A DNA stretch of 63,372 bases, counting the filler. It is 6 parts of 6 records of this genome, joined end to end, with 100 filler letters (N's around TTAATTAATTAA, not from the genome) between each part and the next. Parts side by side here need not be neighbours in the genome. Positions count along the whole stretch, not along the records: positions 1 to 12,223 come from SRR31156797_7381; positions 12,324 to 24,641 come from SRR31156797_7401; 4 more parts are not named here. The stretch is one strand, 5' to 3'. The first letter of the stretch is position 1. Each line of letters opens with the position of its first letter. Of this stretch, positions 9,826 through 19,500 are shown piece by piece. Both the position numbers and the translations under genes were made by a program. The notes under the pieces are model-generated. The model was given only the letters and a program-made list of their open reading frames with translations, was not told where the DNA came from and ran no database searches.

Positions 9826-11005
9826 TTTCTAATCTTGCATATATTTCTAAAAGCTGGATTTGTTTTTCTACATTGAGACTTTGAACTTCAAGTTTTTTAA
9901 TAGCTTTTGAGTTTTTCATGGTTTCCACATCAGAGATAGTGGTCATTCCAACTGTAAGTTGTTCTTGAAGTTGAGTAAGGAGTGAATCATAAAGCTCCAC
10001 ATCACTTTTGGCAATATCAATTTTTTTATCAAGACTTTTTAGTTTTGCAACAGCACTTTTAAATAAAGATTGTTCCTCTTTTCTTTGATCTTCTAACGTA
10101 GCTTTTTTTTGAAGATATTCTAGTTTGGAGCTTTCTATTGCATTATCAAAACGGATATCAAAAGGGATAGTGATATTAAACCCAAGACTTGTATTACTAT
10201 CTGTACTTAAAGAAGGATTATTATCTGTTTCATGATATTTTGTATAATCAGCCGTTAGGTTAACTGTTGGAAGGTAATTCGCTACCATCATATTTTTCAT
10301 CCAGTAGCTAGTATCTATATCCTCTTTTTGTTGTTTAATATAGATATTATTATTTAAGAAGTTCTCTTCATCTACTAAAGAAAGAGTTGGTACTTCTACC
10401 TCTTCATATGTTTTATCACTAAATTTTGCTAAGTTGTTAATAAGTGTTTCTTTCTCATACTCTAGATCAATAAGAGTATTTTGTTTTATATTTGCATCAA
10501 TAATTGTATTATCTAAAAAAGAAGTGTCTAAAATACCATTCAAAACCTGTTCTCTTTTTCTTGTAATATCAAGTTTTGCATTGGTAACTAAAAGCTTTTG
10601 CTTCTCTATTGACAAATCAATTTTCTTTATTTGAAATAAAAGATTTATTGTTTGTTTTATAAGCTCTTTTTCTTGAACATCAACAGAGGTTTTAGAATAT
10701 TCACCTATACTATCAGCATATTTGATCGCATAATAGATCCCACCGCTTTTAAAAATAGGCTGAGTAATGGATATATTAGATCTTTGTGTGGTATATGTTT
10801 CACCTTTATTATAGATATATTTATAATTAAAAGGGTTGATCCAGTCTTTTTTTAATTTTCCAGAATCTTCCATTGACTTTTCATAAGAATAGTTCAAAAT
10901 ATCTTTTTTAGTTTGTGATAGTAGTTCTTTATTATCTTCTGCGTTCAGAGAACTTATAACTAAAGTAGATAATAAAACTATATTATGATAATGTTTCAAG
11001 AGCAT
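9818..11005 (-). CDS. TolC family outer membrane protein
   Basis: Signal peptide, ISITQPIFKSG, YLPTVNL, ITIPF and long coiled helices typical of outer-membrane efflux repeats. Confidence 0.78.
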   Translation of the reverse strand: MLLKHYHNIVLLSTLVISSLNAEDNKELLSQTKKDILNYSYEKSMEDSGKLKKDWINPFNYKYIYNKGETYTTQRSNISITQPIFKSGGIYYAIKYADSIGEYSKTSVDVQEKELIKQTINLLFQIKKIDLSIEKQKLLVTNAKLDITRKREQVLNGILDTSFLDNTIIDANIKQNTLIDLEYEKETLINNLAKFSDKTYEEVEVPTLSLVDEENFLNNNIYIKQQKEDIDTSYWMKNMMVANYLPTVNLTADYTKYHETDNNPSLSTDSNTSLGFNITIPFDIRFDNAIESSKLEYLQKKATLEDQRKEEQSLFKSAVAKLKSLDKKIDIAKSDVELYDSLLTQLQEQLTVGMTTISDVETMKNSKAIKKLEVQSLNVEKQIQLLEIYARLENG

Positions 11006-12170
11006 CCTCCAATCTTTTAAATCCTTCAGTGATCTCCTCTTTTGTAATGGTAAGAGGTGGTAAAAATCGCATAGTATTTTTCCCAGCTTTTAAGACTAAA
11101 ACTCCATGACTAAAAGAGGTTTTAATGATATTGGCTAAAGTATCAGCATCTTTTACTCGTAATCCTCTCATAAGACCAAGACCCACCATATCTGTAAAAA
11201 GCTCTTTATTTTTTTCATAAAGCTCTTTGAGTTTTTCTTCAAAAAATATCATCGTCTCATCTAAAGTACCATTGTTTTTAAGCTCATCAAGTATTTCACA
11301 AGCTTCCAGAGCACAAGCTGTACTTAAATAGTTTCCACCAAAAGTACTTCCGTGATCACCTGGTACAAAAATATCTTTATGCTTTGTCATAACTACACCA
11401 ATAGGAACACCTGAACCAATCCCTTTTGCTAGAGTGATAATATCTGGTTCTATCTCATAAAGATTAGAAGCTAAAAACTCTCCAGTTCTAAATGCACCAG
11501 TTTGTACTTCATCTACAATTAGTAAGATATTATTCTCTTTTAAATAAGTAGTAAGCTTTTGGATCTCCTCTTTTGGAAAAGGTTGTACTCCACCTTCTCC
11601 TTGAACAAGTTCAATCATTACTGCAACTGTTTCATTATCAATAGAATTATAGATATCATTGATCTGAGCATTATATGAAAACCCATCAGGATAAGGAGAG
11701 AAATGACTTAAATGCATACTTGCTTGCCCTGTAGCTTTTACAGTAGTAATTGTTCTTCCATGAAAAGAGTGCTCTAATGTGATCACTTTATATCTTTTAT
11801 TATCAAATTTTGTTTCACCATACTTTCTAGCGATCTTAATAGCCCCTTCATTTGCTTCGGCTCCACTATTACCAAAAAACATTGCTACATCATAGCCACT
11901 TAGTTTTGCTATTTTCTCAGCTAATTTTGCTTGAGGTTCTATTAGATATAAATTAGACATATGCATAATGTTTTTTGTTTGCTCACAAATAGCATTTGCA
12001 ATTCTTTCATTTCCATGTCCACATGAAACTACACCTATTCCACTTGTAAAATCTATATAGTCTTTATTATCACTACTATATAGTGTTGCATTTACACCTT
12101 TTGTAAAATTAACATAATTACGTGCATATGTATTTAGCACGTATTCTTTATCTATTGATTCTAAATCCAT
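10983..12170 (-). CDS. argD: Acetylornithine aminotransferase (class III PLP enzyme)
   Basis: Motifs YIDFTSGIGV, NSGAEANEGAIK, SFHGRT, ELVQGEGGV, DEVQTG, TLAKG, HGSTFGGN. Confidence 0.88.
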   Translation of the reverse strand: MDLESIDKEYVLNTYARNYVNFTKGVNATLYSSDNKDYIDFTSGIGVVSCGHGNERIANAICEQTKNIMHMSNLYLIEPQAKLAEKIAKLSGYDVAMFFGNSGAEANEGAIKIARKYGETKFDNKRYKVITLEHSFHGRTITTVKATGQASMHLSHFSPYPDGFSYNAQINDIYNSIDNETVAVMIELVQGEGGVQPFPKEEIQKLTTYLKENNILLIVDEVQTGAFRTGEFLASNLYEIEPDIITLAKGIGSGVPIGVVMTKHKDIFVPGDHGSTFGGNYLSTACALEACEILDELKNNGTLDETMIFFEEKLKELYEKNKELFTDMVGLGLMRGLRVKDADTLANIIKTSFSHGVLVLKAGKNTMRFLPPLTITKEEITEGFKRLEDALETLS

Positions 12171-12196
12171 CTATTTACCTTATTAAATATTTTAAA

Positions 12197-12205
12197 AGTA
12201 TACCA
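12197..12205 (-). promoter_or_regulatory. Extended -10 promoter of the argD operon
   Basis: Minus strand reads T-tract then TG-G-TATACT, upstream of an AAGG RBS and the argD ATG. Confidence 0.55.
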
Positions 12206-12223
12206 AAAAAAAGAGTATAATAA

Positions 12224-12323
12224 NNNNNNNNNNNNNNNNNNNNNNNNNNNNNNNNNNNNNNNNNNNNTTAATTAATTAANNNNNNNNNNNNNNNNNNNNN
12301 NNNNNNNNNNNNNNNNNNNNNNN
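12224..12323. other. Artificial contig linker
   Basis: 44 N + TTAATTAATTAA (stops in all frames) + 44 N; abrupt GC change across it. Confidence 0.98.
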
Positions 12324-13429
12324 CCGTTGGCGTACTCTTCCAGGCCCTGCAGGTAGAGCAGCTGGGCCCGTTCGTTCCTGTTCATCCTCCCGAAATCGCC
12401 CAGGTTCAGCTTCAGGGCCAGGCTGAACCTGTCCAGATTGGTTACCTGTGTCGTCAGGTCGAGGGTGTAGTTTGCGGTCAGGCTGAAGCGTTCGGCTTCG
12501 AATGAGGTGCCCACGCTGAAACGGGGAAGTCCGGTTTTGATCATAAAACCCGACTGGACGGAGATAAAGCTGGTCACCGCCACATCCAGGCCGGCCGCAT
12601 AGTGGATGCTCTCGGCCGGAGTCCCGTCCAGGTTAAAGGGGACGTTGACGTCGAAGGCCCAGGTAAGGGGGCGGATGGGGGAATAGGATATCCCCGTTGA
12701 TACCATGCTCGGAAGGGGGTCGGGATCGGCTATGAACTCGGAACCGATGTTCTTGAGCACCAGGCCGAAACCGAAGTTCTTGTCCCGGGAGCTGAAGAAC
12801 TTGAGCACATTGAATTTCGTTAGTATGCCGACATCTCCCATTATGGCCAGGGCCGACTGGTCTGGCGCGATGGCCGCCGGCACTCCCCTGTAACCGAACT
12901 TGAGGTTTCCGCCCACGGCTATCCCGTGGTAGTAATAATCGTCCAGAAACTTGTAAGCCGCGTTCAGGGTGACGATGGTTTCGGTATAGTATCCCGAGGA
13001 ATACTCGCCGCTGTCGTTCTGGGCCCTGTCTCCCCAGTCGTCTATTCCCGTAAAGGGGAGATAGAGGAATTTTCCGCCCACCCCTATTCCAAGGTCGTCC
13101 CAGCGGGAGGTATAGGTCACCGACTCAAGATTCGTATCGGCTATCCAGTTATTGTGATAGAAGGTCAATTCCGAGTTTTTGACATAGGCGCTGGCGGCGG
13201 GATTTGAGTCGAGAAAACTGGAATCCACGCTCATGGCCGTAAAGGCGGTCCCCATCCCCTCGTAGCGGCCGCCGGACGGTATGGTCAGGGTCTGGAAAGA
13301 CGTGAGTCCCGCATTGGGGTCGATTCCGAACAGATCGCTCATATCCGCGTAAAAGGACGCGGCGTTGTCGTCCGCGCAAAGCTGTGACAAAGAGAAAATT
13401 AAGATGATAGAAACAAGAATCTTTCTCAT
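12324..13429 (-). CDS. UPF0164 family outer-membrane beta-barrel (FadL/PorV-like), C-terminus truncated by the linker
   Basis: Signal peptide, GGRYEGMGTAFTA..D...NPA motif, HNNWIAD, amphipathic strands, start of a TPR-like helix (AQLLYLQGLEEYAN). Confidence 0.78.
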
Positions 13430-13437
13430 CTAACTGT

Positions 13438-13466
13438 ATTATACCTTTCAAAACGCCTTTTATCCA
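13438..13466 (-). promoter_or_regulatory. Sigma70-type promoter of the UPF0164 gene, near-leaderless
   Basis: TGGATA-17 nt-TATAAT, then 8 nt to the ATG with no Shine-Dalgarno. Confidence 0.55.
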
Positions 13467-13477
13467 GATGAACGGCT

Positions 13478-13506
13478 TTGATGCCGATAATGATATAGGA
13501 TATAAT
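13478..13506 (+). promoter_or_regulatory. Sigma70-type promoter of the TPR-phosphatase operon
   Basis: TTGATG-17 nt-TATAAT. Confidence 0.6.
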
Positions 13507-13542
13507 ATTATGATAATAATTTCGGATCATTGAAGGCTTTAC

Positions 13543-16533
13543 TTGACGTACATCAGGAAGAAGATCATCACCCTTTCGGCCCTCTGCCTTTTTTGCCTCA
13601 GCCCTCTGCCCTTTGCCGAGGCCCAAGCCGGATCTGCGGGAGAAAAATATAGAGAAGTCGACCGTCTGATGCAGATCTTCGACTACAACGGAGCCATCAA
13701 TCTCCTGGTCGATATCGTCAAGGATAATCCCGAAGAGATGGAGAAGGCCCAGAGAAAAATCCAGGAGATCCGCAAGCGAAAGGAGCAGTTCAACGAGCGA
13801 TACGCCGAGCTGATCCGGGTCCTTTTCGAAGAGAACGATTACGAGAAGGGCCTTCAGATCATTAGCGAACTGGAAGCCCTGGATGCCAATCCCAATACGG
13901 CGACCTCCGAATCCCTCGTGGACGCCCGGATCAGTGCGGAGCTTATCTATTTCCGGCTGCTCTTCAATGACCTTATGGATCGGGCGCTCGTACAGATTGA
14001 AGAGGGGAACTACAGGGAGGCCGTCAGTATCTACAGCACCGGATTCCAGCTGCACAGGCGGACCTTCGAAGAGCGGAACTACGGACCCCTCGTCAAAGGG
14101 CCTGTTGAGGATGAACTTGCGGAACTCAACGCGGCCATGGAGGCGTTTCAGAATGATTACGGACGGCTCGGCGAATACAGTCCCTTCACTCTCAGTTCCT
14201 CTGTAAGCGCAAACGGCTCCCAGCAGCCCGGTCTTATGGACGACTTTGTCAGTTTCACCCGCATGCGGAACGCCATATGGCAGGCGGGCTATGTGTTCGA
14301 ACGTCAGAACAAACTGCTGGGCAGGATCAGCTCCGAATACAGAGAGGATTTCTTCCTCAGCTTCGCCAACCGCATCGTTTTCGGCCGCCTGGATAAACGC
14401 TATGAGGAAGGCCTGATCAAGGCCATGGACCGTTACTGGGAGTCGGCTCTCATCCCGCTGGAGGAGTCTCTCAGATCCAAGACGGAAACGCTGATGGCAC
14501 GGGGGGAGCAGTCTTTCGACAGGGAGGCCTGGGCCCAGGCGCAGCGGAATTTCGACGAGGCCGAGTTCTGGGCGGACCGAACCCTGGAACTGGCCCAGCT
14601 GTGGAGCGGGCGCATTAACCTGGACGACGGCCTGAGCCTTTACCCCGGCGCCAGTGCTGTGCTGAGAAGGGAGTACCCCCATCTTGTAAACGCCCGGATA
14701 CAGAAAGACAAGGCGGCCTACCTGTCCAGGCTGAGTCTTATCTACGAAAGGCTGAGCGCCTACGGCGAGTATGACAGCGGGAACCTGGACGAGATGAGGG
14801 GCCGGCGGGATACCCTGGCCGAGGAGCTGGCGGCCATCGTCCCGATCCGGGAGGAGTGGGAGCAGGATAACGAAAAGTACAGAAGGGACATCCTTTATAC
14901 CGACGGCTTCGCCCAGGAGCAGGATGCCTATGTGGCGGCCAGGCTCGAGAAGGGGATAAGCGACTACAGAACCCTGGACGGCCGCATCGCACTGGACTCG
15001 GCCGATTACGAGATACTCCCCCTGGAGGCCGAATACGATTCCATGCGGGAGGCTGTCGCCCAGGCTCTGGAGCGTCTGGAGGGCATCCCCCCCGAGGGCG
15101 CGGAGCCCGACGACCGGACGGTGCTTTATGTCTATCCCGAGATCAGCTATGCCATCATAGAGGGCCTTCTGGAGGATAATGACGAGCTCAGTCGCAAATC
15201 CCAGCGCTACAAGGAGTACTATCAGGAGGTCAGGAACAGCATCCCCCAGAAGGAGGCGATGTCCGCCTACATAGGGCGGGCCGAGGCTCTGGTCCTGAAT
15301 ATGGAGGACGATCTGCTCGCGTACTCCCGAATACAGCTGCGTTCCGATCAGAATATCGCCCAGGCCGAGCGCTATCTCGGCGAGGGGAATTTCCGTTTCC
15401 AGCAGGCTGAGAACGCCTTGAACAGAAAGGACTTCGCCCAGGCCACCCAGCAGCTCAGTTCTTCCCAGGAGCTCTATGTGCAGGCTCTTTCGTACAACGA
15501 GGAGGTCCTTTCCAGGGAAGACCTGGACAGAAGGATATCCGACCTGCAGGCCAGGATCCTCCAGGAAGAGAACAAAGAGGTTATCCGCTACGTGCGTGAG
15601 AACGTCAACAGGGGGAAGAGCCTCTACCTCCAGGGGCTGTACGCCCAGAGCGAGGTCGTTCTGCTCAGGGCCGAGAGCCGTTGGTTCACTACCAATACCG
15701 ATCCCAACGGCGAGATCAGTTACTGGCTCAATCTGGTCAGGGCCGCCCTTTCGGTAGAATCGGGCCGTACCATTGAGGAAACCGAGCCTCTGTACAAAGA
15801 GATGACCCAGTTCCTGAACCATGCCCTGGCGAATTTCGAGGCCGGCAGCGAGGCCATAGCCCGGGGGGACGAGGCCCTTGCGTTTTCTCTCCTGGACAAG
15901 GCGGATCAGAACCTGAACGAGATCCTGATCCCCATGCCCCTGAACCAGCAGGCCAGCGTCCTCAAGCTTCGCATCCAGCAGCTCAGGGATCCGGATCAGT
16001 TTCAGATAACCTTCGAAGAGAAGTTCAAGTCCGCCGTCAGCAAGCTGCGAACCGAACCCGACGAATCCTATATCGACCTGAAGGACCTTGCGGCTATTCA
16101 GCCCGATTATCCTGGAATCAGGAAGGCCATCTATGACGCCGAGATCCTGCTGGGCATAAGAAGACCCCCCCCCGATCTCCGGGCCCTGGCGGAAAGCGAG
16201 GATCTGTATGACAAGGCCTACGCCATCGTCCAGGGCAATGTGCGTTCCCAGTTTCCCGTCGCCCTGAAGCAGCTGGACCGGGCCATCGAGCTGAATCCTG
16301 AAAACCAGGATGCCATCGAGCTGAAGGACCGCATCCAGCTGGACGCGGGGGGGCAGACGGCGATCGTCCTGAGCTCCTCGGATAACGCCCGCTTTAAAGC
16401 GGCGGAAGAAAAGTATATAAATGGAGAGTACTTCGAAGCCTACGCTATCGTCCAGCAGCTTCTGAATGACAAGAAAACAGCATCTTATCCGCCCCTGCAG
16501 GATCTGAAAAGGAGAATCGAATCCAAGTTCTGA
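13543..16533 (+). CDS. Large exported alpha-helical/TPR-like protein
   Basis: Signal peptide; TPR-like helices such as ALVQIEEGNYREAVSIY and ALKQLDRAIELNPENQDA; TTG start. Confidence 0.72.
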   Translation: MTYIRKKIITLSALCLFCLSPLPFAEAQAGSAGEKYREVDRLMQIFDYNGAINLLVDIVKDNPEEMEKAQRKIQEIRKRKEQFNERYAELIRVLFEENDYEKGLQIISELEALDANPNTATSESLVDARISAELIYFRLLFNDLMDRALVQIEEGNYREAVSIYSTGFQLHRRTFEERNYGPLVKGPVEDELAELNAAMEAFQNDYGRLGEYSPFTLSSSVSANGSQQPGLMDDFVSFTRMRNAIWQAGYVFERQNKLLGRISSEYREDFFLSFANRIVFGRLDKRYEEGLIKAMDRYWESALIPLEESLRSKTETLMARGEQSFDREAWAQAQRNFDEAEFWADRTLELAQLWSGRINLDDGLSLYPGASAVLRREYPHLVNARIQKDKAAYLSRLSLIYERLSAYGEYDSGNLDEMRGRRDTLAEELAAIVPIREEWEQDNEKYRRDILYTDGFAQEQDAYVAARLEKGISDYRTLDGRIALDSADYEILPLEAEYDSMREAVAQALERLEGIPPEGAEPDDRTVLYVYPEISYAIIEGLLEDNDELSRKSQRYKEYYQEVRNSIPQKEAMSAYIGRAEALVLNMEDDLLAYSRIQLRSDQNIAQAERYLGEGNFRFQQAENALNRKDFAQATQQLSSSQELYVQALSYNEEVLSREDLDRRISDLQARILQEENKEVIRYVRENVNRGKSLYLQGLYAQSEVVLLRAESRWFTTNTDPNGEISYWLNLVRAALSVESGRTIEETEPLYKEMTQFLNHALANFEAGSEAIARGDEALAFSLLDKADQNLNEILIPMPLNQQASVLKLRIQQLRDPDQFQITFEEKFKSAVSKLRTEPDESYIDLKDLAAIQPDYPGIRKAIYDAEILLGIRRPPPDLRALAESEDLYDKAYAIVQGNVRSQFPVALKQLDRAIELNPENQDAIELKDRIQLDAGGQTAIVLSSSDNARFKAAEEKYINGEYFEAYAIVQQLLNDKKTASYPPLQDLKRRIESKF

Positions 16534-16544
16534 AGCACCGGTGT

Positions 16545-19500
16545 TTGCGCATCCTATTCTTACTGATTCTCATTTCGTCTCCGGTCCTTTTCCTTTCGGC
16601 AGCGGATTATTACTGGGAAAATCCTGTGAACATCCGTACGGGCAACAGCTATTATCCCCAGTTTGTCAGCAGCACGGAGCAGGGCTATGTCCTGACGGCC
16701 TGGCAGGAGTACGACGCCGACGATCCGGAGCTGGTGAGCATCCGCGGCTCCTATTCGAGGGACGGCCTCAGCTGGTCCGATCCCCAGGATCTGATCCCCC
16801 GGTTCCGATACGTGAGCGAAGACAATGTATCCCTCTTCTCCATGAGCCTGGACGGGGACGGCAATCCCGTGCTCGCCATAACCGCATCGGAGCAGGAGAT
16901 AGATATCTACAGGATGAACTCTCCCGGCATGGCCATGGAGAGAATCTCGGTTATCGAAACAGAATACACCTCGGTCGTACCCCGGATATTCAGGAGGGCC
17001 GACGGCTCGCTTATCCTTTTCATGACCGGGAGGGTCGTGCTGGGAAGCGGAACCGACGCTCTGTCCATCTATGCCTCCTTCTCCGAATCGGGCAGCCGGT
17101 GGACCCTTCCCGAACATTTCATCAGCGACAACGAACTGAAGCAGAACTTCCTTCCCGTCTACAGCCATGACGGCGAGAGGGAGTATGTGGTTTTCCAGTC
17201 TCTCTTCACAGGGACGAGAAACAGTTACCAGATCTATCTCAAATCGAAGGGACTGGACGATAGCTCCTGGGACCGGGAGGTACAGATTACCTCCTTTGAC
17301 GAGTTTAGAAACGGCGAGAATTACAGCTTCGCCCAGTTCGACAACCAGCGCCCCCATTTGACTGTGGAGAACGAACAGGTCCATCTGGTCTGGGAAAGGC
17401 GTCTGGGCCGCGAGCAACCTCAGATCTACTACGGCGTCTTCGATGTCCAGGGGCGTTCCCTCGAAGAACCGGAGCAGATCTCAAGGGGAAGCTATTTCAC
17501 CGCGTCCCCCCGGATCATCAGAGAGAACGGGGAGACGCTTGTCCTCTGGTTCGACAACCGCAGCGGCAACCAGGTCGTCATGGCCCAGCGGCGGGGCGTT
17601 TTCTGGCAGGAGAGACGATTGAGCCTGATGCCAGGCGATTCCACATACGCCCGCTGGATACGGTTCAACGACGATTTTTACGTTCTCTGGGAGAATCTGA
17701 GGAACGAGGGACGGAACATAACCATCCTGGCCCCCGACAGGACGGCGCCCCTGCCCATCGTACGGACCGTAAACTTCACAGACCGGGGGCGTCAGGCCGA
17801 CGACAGAGCCATACTGAGCTGGAAAAGGCCGGAGGACTCTTCCGGGGTTCTCGGATTCTCCTATGTGTGGGACAAGAGCCCGGACACCGAACCCGACAGG
17901 GATGACGAGATCCTCGACCTGAGGGAGAGGACCCAGACCTTCCGGGCCAGTGAAGACGGCGACTGGTACTTCCATATCGCCCTGGTAGACTACGCGGGCA
18001 ACTGGTCCGAGACCAGACACATCAGGATCACGCGCGATACGGTGGCTCCTTCGCCTGTTCAGTTTTTCAAGCCCCTTACCGACGCCATGGGATATCTTAT
18101 CAGTAACACCTTTACTCTGACCTGGCGATCGGAGGACGAGGACCTGGGAGGCTACAGCTACGCCTTTCATTTTCTGGGCGAGGAAGCGGATCTTCTGGAT
18201 CCCTCTCTCCTGGATCTGAAATCACCCCCGGATACGGTACAGACAGTTAGCAGCGCCGTCCAGTACAACAACAGGGATAACGGCTACTGGGCCCTGTCGG
18301 TCAGCGCCTTCGACGACGTGGGGAACAAGAGCGAGCCGGCGATCCTTCTGTTCCGGACGAACAAGTACGTCCCCGTCACCTTTATCAGCGATGTACGCAG
18401 CCGGAGGGATGAACTGGAAAGGGTCGTCCTGACCATTGTCGGCCGCGGTTTCAGCGCCGGCGGAAGGATCAGCAGGGTCATCCTGGACAGGGACGGAAAG
18501 GCCCCCTGGGATTATGAGTACGGGCGGGACGACTATAGGGTCAGAACGGACAGGGTCATCGAAGGTCCCACGGTAGAGGTCTTCAACGAAGGCGTCTACA
18601 GGGTTGCCGTAGAACATCCGCGCCGCGGCATCGCCTGGGCATCCGGCCGCCTGAGGCTGGAGTCCTCCGGAACCGTCCGCTTCGGCGATTTCAGCTACGA
18701 CTATAAGACCTTCTGGCAGGCCGTGGACCTTGCGGAAAAGGTCTTCAGCCTGAACACGGCCGTATTCTACGGCATCCTGTTCTTCCTTTTCCTGATCTGT
18801 CTGTTCTCAGCCTGGCAACTGCACAGGCTGATCAGGGAAGGCAGAGAGCTGGAAAAGGATATCAAAGCGATCATAGAGGGCACTCCCTTCAAAGAAGAAG
18901 TTAGCAGAGAGAGGTTGAGAACCATGAAACAGAGAGGAATGGGACTGAGGCTTAAGTTCACCCTGGCGTTGCTGTCGCTTATACTGGCGGTTATTCTGCT
19001 CATATCCCTGTTCCTGGGGAACTATATGCTCAACACCCAGAAGCAGAACCTTTCCGAAGGTCTCTACGAGAAGTCTTCTCTCCTTCTCGAGACCCTGGCG
19101 ACAAGCGCGAGGACCTATCTCCCCACCCAGAACAGACTGGAACTGGGGCTCCTGCCGGGTACCATCCGGGCCATGGACGACGCCCTGAATACGACGATCA
19201 CCGGCCAGGGCGCCAACGATCCGGAGGGCTTCGACTACATATGGAGCAGCAATAAGGGGGATATCGATCTGTACCAGCAATTTCCCGCTGAAGTGGAATC
19301 CGGAAAGATCAGATTCCCCGAAGGATGGGATGATTCGGAAAAAGCTGATTTTGACAGCCTCTACAGGGACGGCGGGCTCTACAGCTTTGCTGATTTCGGA
19401 GAGGAAGAAAGGCAGAGGATCCACGATGTCCTGGAGGCCTCAAACCAGATCGCCGCCATCGAGGCCGGAGTCTCCCGGATCAGCGATCCCGTTTCGCCGG

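Noticed and set aside
12268..12279. TTAATTAATTAA repeated five times across the window
   Set aside because: Always centred in N runs; a synthetic all-frame stop linker, not a biological repeat
13426..15822. 798-aa antisense ORF
   Set aside because: It is a shadow of the GC-rich TPR gene on the opposite strand, with no recognisable motifs. The same applies to the other antisense ORFs between 16560 and 23483.
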